Shown here: piece after piece, positions 46,806 through 60,400 of the stretch | Numbering within the stretch: position 1 is the first letter of the stretch | Layout of the letters: each line of letters opens with the position of its first letter | Position numbers and translations under genes: made by a program | Source: Phoronis australis | Lineage: Eukaryota; Animalia; Phoronida | DNA: 64,000 nt | Assembly: GCA_002633005.1 (NCBI GenBank) | Contig: NMRA01000297.1 | Span: 108,737 to 172,736, forward strand | Direction of reading: 5' to 3' | Notes under the pieces: generated by a model | The model's input: the letters and a program-made list of their open reading frames with translations, nothing else | Databases searched by the model: none | What the model was told of the DNA's origin: nothing

Positions 46806-49800
46806 TATTTGCTCGTAATGCCCCTTATATGAGCGAAGATGGATCATTTTATGTGTAAAAGCAAATGAATAAAATCTGTCACAGTTGTGTGTCGTTATTT
46901 GTTCAAACTGCCGCGGTTCACTTCGCGTTAGATCATATTGACATATGATTGACATGAGATACCACATTTTGCATTCTTAACTTTAACAATGAATATGGGC
47001 TGCTTGATCACAAATTCGCACAAATGCACTAAATCTTGCAACTCCTTGAATTGCGACAGTTTGGAAGCACATGCTGTTGTGTTGTCGTCTTTTGTTGCGG
47101 CAATTTGTGTTTTGCGTTACTGCACAAACTGTTGGATCCCTCAAGTTAGGACAGCTTGTGCAGCTCACCAAATTTTCGCAAATTCAAGATAGGAACGGCA
47201 GTTTGTACTGTCTTGGTTGACGGATAGTTCTGCTTCCAAAGAAAACACGACAGGGGGGGGGGAGTACTTGTTTTAACTCGAAGTGCCTCGATTTACAGGA
47301 CGGCTTTTCCCTTGCTCTCCATGAGCAGTTTGACGGTGACAACGGTGAAGAATAGGACTGTTACAAAGGACAAGAATGTAAAAGCTGTACCTGGAATGTC
47401 AAGCTTGACGGAAATTGCGATACTGGCAGGGATAACTGATGTCAATATTAAAACAGGAATTGGCAAACGGTGTACAAAAATGTATATTGAGACTGTTGAC
47501 TTGCATTATAGTATCCATACGATTGCCGTCTATCGATAACATCTTGAGATACGTGTTGAATTTTCTTACACTTTCCGTTTTCGACGTCGCTACTAGGTTG
47601 TTTTACAGCAGTGCTAAGGACATTTCAACGCGACAAAAATATCTAAAATATCCGCGCCGAGACTTGCGTTCTTCTTGAAAGAGTTATCTTATCACATTAG
47701 GTTTTTCAAGGGAGTTACGTTAATGTAAATAATCTAAGAAGGACAAGATTAATTTTGCTTTCATGTTCACCGTTTGAATTAAGTCACGTTTAATATCCAC
47801 ATGAGGACTGTATTGTATCACATTTTGTCAAAATTGATACGTGATTATGAAGATTAAAATATATTCTAATTATTCTTTAACGCACATTAATTAGCTAATT
47901 GTAGTTGCACGTACAGAGAAGGCTGTGATCTGTGATAGGTTCGACTTCAAGCCAACGTAAGCAAAAGAAACCGGTTTATGTCAATGATGCGCTAGCCAAG
48001 AGATGCCACGTGCAATTTCTCCGTTCAAGAGAATACTTCTCTGTTGTGTAGTATGTATCTTCAATAATCATTTGATCCCAACCAAGCATCTGGTCCGGAT
48101 TGGCAATGCCGAAGCCAAAATGATCGTGCTGTCTCATTTGACTAAATTTAATATCAAGAGGAGGCGAAGGAGGTGCGGGGGGAAGGGGTGGATATTACAC
48201 GTACATGTACCTAACCTAACTATTTCAATTTCTACACACTTACTCAACCATCTAGCTCTGTATGAGAACGAAAGTTTGTTGAAATAGTGATCAGGTACAC
48301 TCGTTGCAAGTTTGTATGCTTAGGAGGATTGAAGAACAGCCGTCTGTTGAGAAGCAAAACCCCTACAATTCGAGTCAGGTTGCGCGAACGACATTCACCC
48401 TTTCCTGCCTAAAATGAATTCTCCCAACTTTTGGATTACCGAATACAAAATAACGTAGAAAATAAATCTGAAACTAAATAAGGCGATCCATATCCTCCCA
48501 AGGATACTATTGTTTCACGAAATGTAGAATATAAATAGGTAAATAAAACAACAAGAGTGGATCAAGTTGATCCATTCTTGTTGTTTTATTTACCTATTTA
48601 TGCGAATACAAAACAAATCAATACGAAACAAAAGGCGAACTTCATTACGTCCGAATCACTCTTCGTTATCTCTGTCTACATACTCGTCGTGTGCGACTTT
48701 TCGTTCACGACTTTTGGAATAGCAGGAATGAGTGGGTGTGTGACGCACTGAATCGAATTAAAATAGCAGAATTTCATGATTGGGCGGCCAGCCATGGTGC
48801 AGGTCGCTAATAGCTGACTACCAACACGTAAAAATACAACTAATCGTAGTGTATAGACATACATGTATGTTCCTATTAAAAAGTCATACACGACTTGTCG
48901 ATAGAGCACGAGCGATACTCTGACTATCGTTCGACATAGGGATTGATGATCAATTACATGTACGGACTGTTACTGACCTAGTGAAATGGCGTGGACAGAT
49001 TACACTACGAATTAACAATACCCTCAATGAGGAAATCTCGATTGCTCACATTCAGCAAATCGACTAATCGGAGTGTGTCAACTGTAGTCTAAAAGTCGTG
49101 TACAAGTCGGATACTCTGAGTTTGCAGACAAGAATTTTTGACCCGCAGATGTTAGGAACCCGCTTCGTTTCGACCGGACTTCCTCGGAAGTTCGACCAGG
49201 AAGCGTTGTGTCAAAAATTACGACGATAGCTCGAAAATTGTGGCTACAAGATAAAAAAATGTCAGGTCACAATACGTGGGTAGACCAATACGTATCATTA
49301 GCTGAATACCGATGAATCTTAATCCGGCACTGGTACAGTAACTCAAATACATTTATAATACACAAAATGCAGGAAATACATGTACATGTATAGCCGGGTG
49401 TCATTTGGCGTACATGTATTTCTATACAAAACTCATACTATCAGACAATTAAAAATAATCAGTAGAAAGCTTGGTTTCTTCAAATATTTACAGGCGATGA
49501 GGGACTTGTCCTTACAATGCACAACAGATTATTGATCGATTGGAAAACGCCCTGCGTAGCTAACGCGCGTTTTAGCGCACGGATTTTTTGTTCATTTTGT
49601 GTATGCAATCAATAAGACAAAAACACGATTCGTTTATAGCTCGGATATTTTCAGTTGCACGCCACATCCCCACTGGGGAACAATGAATATTAGCCATTAC
49701 AGTATATCCCCAGGGACAGTTCACCTTTTGCACAAGTATTCCCAAACACTGTTAAACCGTCACATAACCTTTCGACAGTAAAAAATTGCGTAATACCATT

Positions 49801-50869
49801 TGTTTAGGTTTCTGAAGCAGCTTGCATTGGCCTCAGGTATTACTAAATGTGGTACAATATTGATGCATGAGCCTCAGGCACAGTGCTACCATCAGATTCG
49901 CCAAAATAACACATTATACGTTAATTAGTGCTTTAATGTTAAGCACACACAAACATGACGGCATTCACCAAGTTGGAGATACCTTCGTCAAGACAAATAC
50001 TACACTTAAGTCATCATAAGATAAATGGTCATCGTGTTTGTAAATTTTACCTAAAACACGAAGAAATATGTGATCTGCCCACCTCACAAAAATGACAAAT
50101 ATGAAATAATTTTGAATCAACTTTCATTTGAAACGTTGACACAGGTCAACTTTAGTAACTAATTCAGTGATTTGAGACAATTTTATGCAATTAAGCTGCA
50201 GCCTGGGTCCGCTTTACATATATGTCCAGAAAGAGCAAAGATAACCATTGACGTTTTTATGCATACGTGTTGTGAAATCTATGCGAGCGCATCACAGAGC
50301 GTAGACTTGTGGGATACAGGTCATCATATCCAGGAAACAACAGATACTACCAGTTTATTCGAATCTGTGATGAACTGAACTTCTGACTTTTTGAAATAAT
50401 AGTGGAACGTGATTTCTGCAAATAGTTTAGCTCGTCGTTTCTAAATGGATTCAAGGACTTGGAACCGTGAATATACCGTGGTTGATTGAATTACGGATAT
50501 ACTGCAGGGCCATTTGTGATTAGGCTTTTCTCAGAAACATCCATTATCTTAACAATTGGTAAGTATAGGATGCTAATTTCAAGGCGCATTTCTATTTCAA
50601 TCGACACTTAATAGGGTTTTGACACATTTTTAATTGATCGTTGAATTTTTAATGTTTTTCCTTTTCTTATTGCAAATTTGCAAAAAAGATTGTGAGATCA
50701 CTGAACTAGTTTTCCGTTATAACGTACTAAATAAAAACACCTCTGGCAAAAATGTGAAATTTGCATGGGTTACTTCTAGTTAAATTAATTATTGAATTTC
50801 TTTTGAAAACGGAATAAATTCGTTGCACGATGCCAGTTTTATGTTTTAACTTCTTTAGTTATGTTTCCC

Positions 50870-51250
50870 GATTTATTGGTTTTCTTCTTTCCCTGTTCTT
50901 GATTATTCAAAACAAATTGCAAAATGTCTTCAAATGGTTGACTGTAAAGTAACACCCTGTTAACGCAGTAAAAGCTAAAGATATGATATGGGATATTTTT
51001 CATCATCACCAGAAAAGCATATAAACGACACACGGCAGTTAAAATTAACTTCAGGGATACAGAAGTGGTTGATAATTTAAAATTTTTGGGAATTGATTTA
51101 GGTTTCACATTGTCATGGACAAAGCATTCTACTGAAATTTGCATTACGATATCAAGAACAAACTGGTCATTAAGTATTTTGAAACATTATATTCCAAACT
51201 ATGTTTCACTTGGTATTTACAATTCTTGAATTTATAGTTCTCGACATAAT
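50870..51250 (+). mobile_element. CR1/L2-group LINE RT C-terminal fragment
   Basis: VVDNLKFLGIDLGFTLSWTKHSTEICITISRT...LKHYIP...IYNS. Confidence 0.6.
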
Positions 51251-51251
51251 A

Positions 51252-51252
<1 letters not shown>

Positions 51253-51282
<30 letters not shown>

Positions 51283-51290
51283 CTTCTTCC
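51253..51290. repeat. (CTT)n microsatellite
   Basis: Direct reading. Confidence 0.95.
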
Positions 51291-51436
51291 CCTTCTTTCA
51301 GTTTTCAACAAACGACCGAAATGCCGATCCTTATATGTTGGCGCATGTCAGTGATAAACTGAACTGTGCTTATTTGTGAAAATAACAACAAAACAAAGTG
51401 CAGGTTAGTGCCAGGATAAAACAAGTTTTATTGTTG

Positions 51437-54081
51437 GGCAATTCCGTGAAACAGTCAACCTCGAGACAAAAAATTGTGGCTACACTAAAATTTCTGGTCT
51501 CACCTGAAAGCCCATTAGTTCTAGTTTCAGGACCCATACTTGATTGTCCTCTAAGTTTAATTTTTTTTGCTTAAATGGACCCTTAAAATTAGCTTGACTT
51601 TCATGTGTGTTGCTAATTATTGCCATAAAAAGCTAATTGTGGGTGTTCCACTATACTATCAAATTTGTGCAATCACTTGAACCCCTAACTTTATAAAAAG
51701 TAACATTTCATCTTTAGCACATCATCGACCACTTGGGGTCAAAAGTCAACTCCTGGATATCATGGTGCCGTACGTCCGTCACAAAAAGTGTTAAAGAGTT
51801 TAGTTACGTTAAAAGTTTTCAATCAAAATTTAATTTCAGATTCTCTTTTAACTTATTATTCAATAAAAAATTTAGATATCACGGATTATTCGTTAAGTCA
51901 GAAATTACGTGACAGACGTACAGCAAATTTGTACGTCCGTCACGTCCGTCCGTCACACCCATGAAATTACAATTTTTCAGCCAATAAAAATAACCTTAGG
52001 TCATATTTTTACTTTCTAAACTTGTAGAAGATAAAATATTACAAAGGAAGCTTTGAAATTATGCGAAGATGTTGCTACAAATTTAAACTAAATGCATTGG
52101 ACTTTTTCAATTTCAAAAGTATTTGCAGAAAAGTTATAGTTTACAATGTCATCTAGTTATTCTTTGTAGAATTAAACTTATTAAACTCAGACAGTTGGAC
52201 CACATTATGAAGTGTAAATAAAACAAAATGTTAATTTAAAGAACTTTTTGTTTTTCTGTTGATACCCCGTGTTTATAAAGAAAATTAATACTGAACTTTT
52301 AGGAATATTAAGATGCAAAAATATTCATACAAAAGATCTCCTAAGGTGCTTTAGAGTATAAATAACAAGAGACCTAAAAGAATACATGTCAAGTTGCTCC
52401 TGGGCTGGAATCAACAAGTTATTTCTACTCTGACGTGCTATACTGTGTTTTGAGTTGACAAAGCCGACACTGGGCATTTTTAAGCGTTAGGAACCTATCA
52501 CCTACTTTATTGAACATTTTTGTCACCCCCTCGGAGACTGTAGTCACTCTTTTGTGTTTTTCATTGTATCGGGCCATTGGGTGGCTTGTATGAAATGATT
52601 TCAAGCAAATGATTACATTGTCCCATCTTACATAATTTTGATCCCTCAACCTTTTTAGGAATTAAACAAATATTTTCTGCTGAGCTTCAAGGATATTAAA
52701 CGGTCATTTTGAAACGATAGAGGAAACCATTGTAGACCACGGGAAAAACAGAATGATGCAACAGGTAGAAGAATAAATATCTGTCAGAATATTTTTTGAA
52801 ACTCTAAAAAATTCCATCGTAGAAATTCATAATAATTGTACTTGCGCGTACTGTGATGTGACATTTTAAGCCTCTCTTTAAATTTGGAAAGGCATGAGTT
52901 AAAGAGCTGGGTTAAAACCTAAACGTGCTAATCACTAATTAGAAACCAATATCTGATATGTTAGTTTTACATATTCCTAAATCATAATCCTCAATCAATT
53001 AATTTAAAATGTCTTATTTTCACACTGGAAGGCAGCACAGGTGATTTGAATCAAAATATGAATGCCAAAAGTCGATGCTGTCTACTAAACCATGCTCCAC
53101 GTTTTGTGTTAAGAAGATACTGAAGTCTTGTTTCTACCACTTTTAAAACATCACCATTATTACGTACATGGGCATGCATCCGAACCATCAACGGCATGGT
53201 TCAGAGAATAATTTTGTACAAGCTTACAGTGAGTTCTAACTTAAAAAACAATTAATTAAAATGCGTTTTTATGACAGTGATTAATACTGTTTTAAACTTT
53301 ATTTCACATTTTATACTTTTGACAGTCACATTTACTCATTAGTTTCGAATTAGTATTTTATTTAACGCATAAATAAGATTTTCGTGATATGTAATAGCTG
53401 TCAAATACTATCGTTCTTACTCCCATCTATGTTGCTTACCGTCTTCAAAGGGAAGTGAAGATTTTAGGTTTTTTATATCTTTAATTAAATGTATTGAAAA
53501 GATAAAATCCTAGAGTATGTTCCTAGCATAGGCCTACTTGTGACGATTTCGTGCAAAAGGTTAATCGGTAAATTTTAGTTAAAAATATTGAATTAGTAGC
53601 AAAAGATCAATATAACGTAAATACTGCAAAAGTTAGAATCATTCTGAATTGATATTTTAGTCACAATAATCTAATATCAGAAATTCAGAGCGTACGTCCG
53701 TCACGTACGTCCGTCACACTAAGTCAACATATAACGGGCTCTCTGACAAAAATTTCTTAGAAGACATTATCAAAAAATTAGTGTGTTGTACTTTGCAAAC
53801 ATTCCACTAAATCATCATATAAAACAGAAAAGTGTAACTAAATGCAACTCACAGAAAATTGACGTTAAAAAGTTAAAAAAAACAAAGCAAATTCTCTGCG
53901 TACGCCCGGCACACCCATTTAAAGGCAATTTTCTCCGTCAGATTAAAAGATAGGGGAAAAGTTGATACACGCTTTGAAAGCTACTAATGAGACCTATCAA
54001 TTGATGTTAATTATGTTTCTAGGATGAACATATTTTTCACAATTGATCAAAATGTTCTATAATTGTTCAAATGGAATTGCC
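51437..54081. mobile_element. ~2.6-kb probable DNA transposon with short GGCAATTCC TIRs and repeated GTACGTCCGTCAC subterminal motifs
   Basis: TIR 51437-51445 and 54073-54081; motif clusters near both ends; TSD not resolved. Confidence 0.55.
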
Positions 54082-54129
54082 ATGTTTACTGAGTAGTGTT
54101 GATGTTTGAGATGTGACTTCTGAATGTCT

Positions 54130-55045
54130 CTATTGTTTCTGATAAGATGGCATGTTGTGGGAGGCTATTCCAGAGTAATAGTAGACGGGAAGAAAGAGTT
54201 TGTGTAGTATGCAGTGCGAATGTATGTTCTCACAAAGTTTTGAGTGTGGGAATTACATGTACGTGACCTAGAAATATGTAGCGGTGGAAGGTACAGTATG
54301 TGTGGGGAATGGCAACCAGGTTGTGTACGGTCTTGTACGTGAGGGACAGTTTATTTTGAGCACGTCTTTCTTGAAGAGCAGGCCATTTGAGAGTGGTAAG
54401 CACAGACGAAACAGGAGTATCTGGAGTGGTCATTTAGGACGAACCTGGCTGCTCCACGCTGTATTCTTTCTATCTTGTCAATATTGAAGCAAGTGGAGGG
54501 ATCCCATACAGAGGAGGACCTAAAGAAGTTTGGATCAACTAGTGAAGTGTATGTCAGGGCTTTTGTTTCACGGGGAACATATTTGAGGTTGCGTTTAATG
54601 AAGACAAGAGTTCTAGAAGTGATTGTGTCTATGTGAGTGTTCCATGATAAATTATTTGTAAGAGTGACCCCAAGATATGGGGCTTGATTTATGCATTTGA
54701 GCGATGCGTTGTGAAGACCGTAATTGTATATTATGGGGGAGGTTTTCTGTGGACACGTAGAATATGGCAATTGGAAACGTTGAAGTCCATTTTCCAAGAT
54801 TTTTCTCTGGAGGCTAAGGAGTCTTAGTCTTGCTGTAGTAATTGGCAACCATGGGGGAAACATTAGATCTATAGAGAACTGTATCATCGGCAAAGAGACG
54901 GACATTTGATAGAATGGAGTCGGGAAAGTCATTTATATAATGTATGAAGAGTGTAGGATCAGCGAGAGAGCCCTGGGGCACCCCTGATTGAACAGGGGAG
55001 GAATTTGAGAACTCGCTATCGACGGCGACTCTCTCAGCCGATTTC
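54130..55045 (-). mobile_element. 5'-truncated CR1-group LINE, reverse transcriptase relic
   Basis: SGVPQGS...PTLFIHYINDFP...VRLFADDTVLYR; YLGVTLTNNLSWNTHI; SSVWDP...IERIQRGAARFV; frameshifts. Confidence 0.9.
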
Positions 55046-55047
55046 AT

Positions 55048-55215
55048 AAAGGTGTTTTAACAAAATCAGGTATAAGACTTAAACTTGGTCTTTCTAAACC
55101 TGGTCTAATTTTAGACCTAACTTGCATTTCACCAACGTGGTTTAAAAGTCTAAAGCCTGGTTTTGTTAGACCAGGGAGCCGGTTTAGTAAAACCAGCTTT
55201 AAAGTATCTAAGCCA
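55048..55215. mobile_element. Harbinger-like terminal fragment
   Basis: GGTGTTTTAACAAAATCAGG...AAACCTGGTCTAA subterminal repeats. Confidence 0.4.
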
Positions 55216-55673
55216 CGATGCTGTGTCATGTGGATTAACCCAACAAAGAAATTACTGAAGTGCTTCAATGGAACCTTGATCATGTGGGTATACAATGGCA
55301 CACACGAGTAGAATCAGTGCAGACATTTGCGAAAAAGGTCTAAAAGCTTTTCTCATGAGAAAAAAATGTAATGTATGTGCCCAACACACGTACACACATT
55401 CAAGTACTTGCATATGATTAGCCGCAACATGATTAATGTCCTAATTTATTTCCGTGCCATTTTAGTGTTTATTTTTTCCGGCCAATGGGGGACAAGACCC
55501 CTTCCCGTCAACATTGAATCGGAGACCAATGGAGGAGGAACTCAGAAGAATCAGAAGATGCTGTCTTCAGTCAAATTCGTAACGCTTACGACGACTACGC
55601 CCTGCTCGACCAGTAGTATTCTGAGGAATCCTCACTGAGGACACCGTCCAGCACGTATGCTGGTTTACACATA

Positions 55674-55822
55674 AGGGGATCCAAGGGGGTTAAGGGGTCC
55701 GGACCCTTTTTCCATTGATTTTAGTGATATCAAATCTATAATTTTTAAATTGTTGACTTGGTTCCCCATTTAAAAAGTCCTTGACCGACCCCCCCCCCTT
55801 AAACATCGTAGATCCACCCCTG
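55674..55822. mobile_element. Small (CA)GGGG..GATC-type MITE
   Basis: AGGGGATCCAAGGGGG...GACCCCCCCC...TAGATCCACCCCTG. Confidence 0.55.
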
Positions 55823-55874
55823 CTACGTTTGATCTTTTCGTCGTCGTAAGACTGAATATTTTCGCTTTGAAACT

Positions 55875-56113
55875 TCGTCGTGTTGTGTGCCTGGTAGCTA
55901 TAATACCAGTTACCGAGATAAAAAATTTAGTTACTACCTGTTTCCCAAGGATCAAGAACTGCGTTAAACATGGGTCTGAGACATTCGTAGAGCTGGTAGC
56001 AAAGGCCGACTTCGTGAATTCTTTCCGACTTGGTAGCATAAAGTATGCAGCGCTCATTTTGAGGGCGGCAAGAAAACGTATCTTGGAAACTGCCCAACAA
56101 TATCTCCCTTCAA
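55875..56113 (+). pseudogene. Inactivated THAP zinc-finger coding sequence, probably transposon-derived
   Basis: One frame reads CCVPGSYN...[19 protein letters not shown]...FFPTW*HKVCSAHFEGGKKTYLGNCPTI, with 3 in-frame stops. Confidence 0.8.
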
Positions 56114-57192
56114 AGAAACAGTAACAAAATACTCTACGGCGGTTGGTAGTAAAAAAAAAACAACTTGTTTTCGCTTGACCAGAACCAAGCCAACATGAGC
56201 AATTTTGAGGATAATGCCTCTGCACAATCACCTGTTCTGGGTCAACACACTTAACGTACGCTCACTATATGTATTACGCGCTAGGATAAAGCGGTCAGAA
56301 TATTATTATTTACTTTCTACAAAATTGTGGTGCATTGCTATCAAAATTCGTTGTTAAATTACGATCATTTTTCATAAAATTGGGTTGGAAATCCCAGGCC
56401 GAAATCTTGCCGACAAATGCGTAGCTGCCGCGGTCTCGCAGTCGTCGATAGGGCTTGAATTCTTGAATAAGAATACAGCTTCGACTCAACAAATTACCTG
56501 AAATCCTCTTCAAGTTTTCCAAATAGCGTCTCTAAGATTTTTAAGTTCTTGTGGAGTCTGGATTAACTGCAAATTAAGTCCAAATCTGCGCTAGATTGCG
56601 ATAAAAATCTCTGGAGGAACACACATGTTGATGTCACGTGACGTTTGTTTTGAAGTTTGTATGCGTGTGTGTGACAGTAAGCGTGCGTGTGCTTGTCATC
56701 AGAGTTCATTTGCCAGAGTAATGTAATGATCTAGGCGTGTATTGTATCCAAAGAAATTAAGTCAAGCAGTCAAGCAGAGCGTGTTTTAATATTTAGCTTA
56801 GCACTTGCTGGCCTCATCTGCTAAAAAACGTTCGAGATTTTTTTCGGTAAGACCGATATGTCACTCATTGAGTCGCCGGGTGAGTGGATGCGTGACCGTA
56901 GTGCAACAGCTTTTCCGGAAGATTTGGGGTGTAAGGGTGCGAAGTGGGTCGTTTTGACCTTAAAAACACCAATTACGATTAGTTAAATAATTTCTCTTAA
57001 AAAGATGCAAAATTTTTTTACGGTAATAGAAACTTTCGGAAATTAGTGCCAATACTTATTTGCCGATGCTTTGTTACCCGTTTCATGAATAGATACATGT
57101 AGTTCCCGACTAAATGTCTTCGATGACAGCCGGTACATTATGCAGCGCGCGCTTCTTGGCCGCGTGCTAACACTGTTCGATTTTTTTATTAG

Positions 57193-57440
57193 TCTTCGAT
57201 TCACGGTTTTCACGTGTACAAAGAAGTTTGGATTCCTGTTGAGGCCGGAGAAGATCTGTACCGGAAAGAAACAATGCAAGGCCGCTGACAAGTACGCTGC
57301 ATCTCTTTTCAAAGTCCACACCCACGTAGTGGGGCACATCCCTCGCAAGAGCAGCAAAACTTCTGCGTTCTTTTTGAATCGCGGCGTAAGTTTGAAGTGT
57401 ATACGGACATAACGGTGAGGCTCGTGGTCTACAAATTCAG
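57193..57440 (+). pseudogene. Frameshifted HIRAN-like domain relic, probably transposon-associated
   Basis: IHGFHVYKEVWIPVEAGEDL / ADKYAA...VVGHIPRKSSKTSAFFLNRG..LKC. Confidence 0.6.
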
Positions 57441-60400
57441 GACTGTCGGATCTTTCAATTGATAAATTGGAGACGTTAGAACTGTAGGTAACGGCATTTT
57501 TCGCATGTAGTTCATGGGCTGGGCGCTTACTTAAGCAGAGTCTGAAAACGCGTTGGGGCAGTTGTTGGGGCATGGGCGCTTATTAGGGCGAATAGCGGCA
57601 GAATTGCATACAGCAGCGTAGTTTAATGCACACAAATCACACGTCGTGCAAACCAATCGGCCATTCAATTTACCCTGCGCACCCTAATTTCCGGACATGC
57701 GCAATGGTTAAATCGATTCGGTTGCAACTTCGCTATTGTACACCGTGGCATCATTCAATTGCACCTATACAGGGCCGTAGAAGCGGGGGGCGGGGTGGCA
57801 CGCCCACCCCCCAAAATTTTCAGGCGTCAGGGCTATACCGTGGCAACCGACACACGCATGGGGCGGGGACAGTCGAGAAAAGAAAGATTGCTAAATGCGG
57901 ATAAGAGAGAAAACTCAAGAGAACATTTAACAATTTTGTATCAGTGCATGGTTTACCTGTTGAGGACCCTGGTCAGTTGTTGACGTCTAAATACACTTTG
58001 AAACGTGCACGTAATGATTCATGCATATATTTTGAAAAGTCGACAAAATTTGTAAAGCGAAGGTTTTGCGGAGCGTATTAATTTCCTGAATTTTTAAATT
58101 CAGTAAGACAATTTTGCAACTGCAAAATCATATTTTTCCTGAGGCTCCTCTCTGGCAAGAGATAACGGAAAAACAGTCGCTTTTTTCTCAAATTGTATAT
58201 CACTCGAGAAAAATTGATGACCTGACAGATATCATCAATTGCTGCACATTTCTTGATTTTTGGAAATATAGATATTTTCACATAGAGGGGCCCTACGTCT
58301 GAAGGAGGCCATTGATCACATTCAAGTGGCCACAGTTTTTATGTTTCTATTGAGACATTCTTACGGAGAGAGGACCCAATGTTGGACTCGTCTATTTTCC
58401 TTTGTGAAATCGTGCAACCAACTTTCATGTTAAATAATGTTACTTTCTGTACCGTCGTCTGACCACACGACGGTGGAATGAACTGTCACTCTTTTCTAAG
58501 CTTAGTGATGTTTAGCTTTTCATAAAGATGTCCCATATCGGACGGCACCCTCTCTCGGTGGAGCAGTTCGGCGAATTGTCGCTTTGTCCCTCTATACATG
58601 TAAATCCGACACTGTCAAGTATTCACGAGGAAGTTGTGATTCGAAATTCATCAAAAATACAAAACTTTCGAGCACAGCACAATGGTATCAATTAACATTC
58701 TACCCAAACAACCAAAAATGTGAAAAAATACAATAGGATTGAACGTTATCAAATTTTAAAGAACGTGAAGACCGCTGTTTGTTAATTACACAAAAGGACT
58801 ATTTCCGATGGTTAGTTATAAAATAATGTTATTGGTTTTCATATTATCACAAGAATAGCATCTCTTTTAAAGATGGTTACTATGAGTTGTTTGTAAGAAA
58901 TTCCCCCATTTGGAAACACTGCTGTCGAGGCTACCATTGGGGTAACTGTGTACATGTCGAACGAAGGTATCCAAATACTCGCAATAATAAACAAACTAAA
59001 CATATATTTCAGCGTTTTTTTGAGGTCAAGTTCAACTCGTGAACTGTTATAGGTAATTTGAAAGAGCACAAATACACCTTACTACGAATGCCCTATCTTC
59101 CATTCCCCCGGTTATCCGTCAAAAATCTGCGCGCATGCCTGCGGAAATTGCTTATAACATTCCGTTTTGGTTAATAAATTCGTTGGTTTCTGAATTACCT
59201 GTAACATCCTTAGCCGCAGAGATAATAACTCTTGGGCTGTCTCCGGTGAGTCCATTCATACTTGAATGTTGTTTTTAGGTAAATTGTATCTATGAAAACC
59301 GACATGTTAATAGGTGATTTTTGGCAAATAGTAGCTAACCTTTTAAGAAATAAACACGAGTCAGGGAATTTAATTGAAGCTGGAAAATGAAAAAAAAAAC
59401 TATAACTCGATCCCAAATAATAAAGTGCACTTGGGCGCTTTTTGCCTAACTAAAATAACTCTCAAAAACATTGATGAAGTGTGGACACTTCCCAAAAAAA
59501 TTACAATTCAAATGACAATGAATGCATTGCTTTTTCACTTCGGCACAAGATTTGTTATTTAAAGTCACTAACAGGGGATCAAAAAGTAATTAAGTCATTA
59601 AATCAAGGTAAACGCATTGCTTATGGATTTGATTGTTGGTTTCTTTCTGATTTACATGGTTATGTATCTAGGAAAGTGGACTTATTGAGAGATGATTTTT
59701 TTGACAGAAGTTAATCTGGTAATAAATGACAATACTTCAATAAACTTGATTGCAGGCCGACATTGGGAAAATTCTGTCTGTCATCAGATCTCCAAATATG
59801 GAAGTACACTAAACGATTTTTGTCTATTTGTCTGTAGGAAATTGATGAATTTCGGACAGCTCAATAATGTGTCCTCAAATGTTCTCACAATTCAAATGAC
59901 AATGAATTGTTCGTTGGTTTAGGAACTAGATTACAAGGATTAAGTTTACAAATCGTAGATCGAAAACGAAGGTTAAGTGCTTAAATAAGTAAAATCAAAC
60001 TTTTTGGTCAGCAACTTGGAAAGGTTGTATTTGAACTTCCTTGATGTTTTTGGTTTCCAGCAGTATTGCGCAATTAATTTTTGTTCTTCAAAACTGTATC
60101 ATTTGCTTCCATTTCCCGTGCATACTACACACACGGCATGCGCGCACCCAGCCTGAAATATAGGAGAGCTCGATAATATCGTACCGGGCAATCTTAAACT
60201 ATCTAGATACTGATCCTTTGACAACTGGGAAAAATATACACGTTTGTTGTCATATACAAACATCGTAGGTCCTACAGCAAAGAACTGGCTTAAGTGTGTG
60301 ATTATATGGAAGCGTGCCAGTATAGCGCAGGATCCAAACCAAAGCAAATCGTGTGTAGATCGTACACTATGGGAAAGCTGGAATGTAAAATTGACTATCC

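Larger units (their letters stand above)
34810..46975 (+). pseudogene. Decayed tandem paralog of the PhyH-family gene, interrupted by many insertions
   Basis: Homology blocks: 34813~19122, 39410~21030, 40196-40296~exon 21962, 40540-40618~exon 22426, 41580-41920~25730-26150, 45536-45682~exon 27574 (donor lost, in-frame TGA), 46607-46714~last exon (frameshift). Confidence 0.85.
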
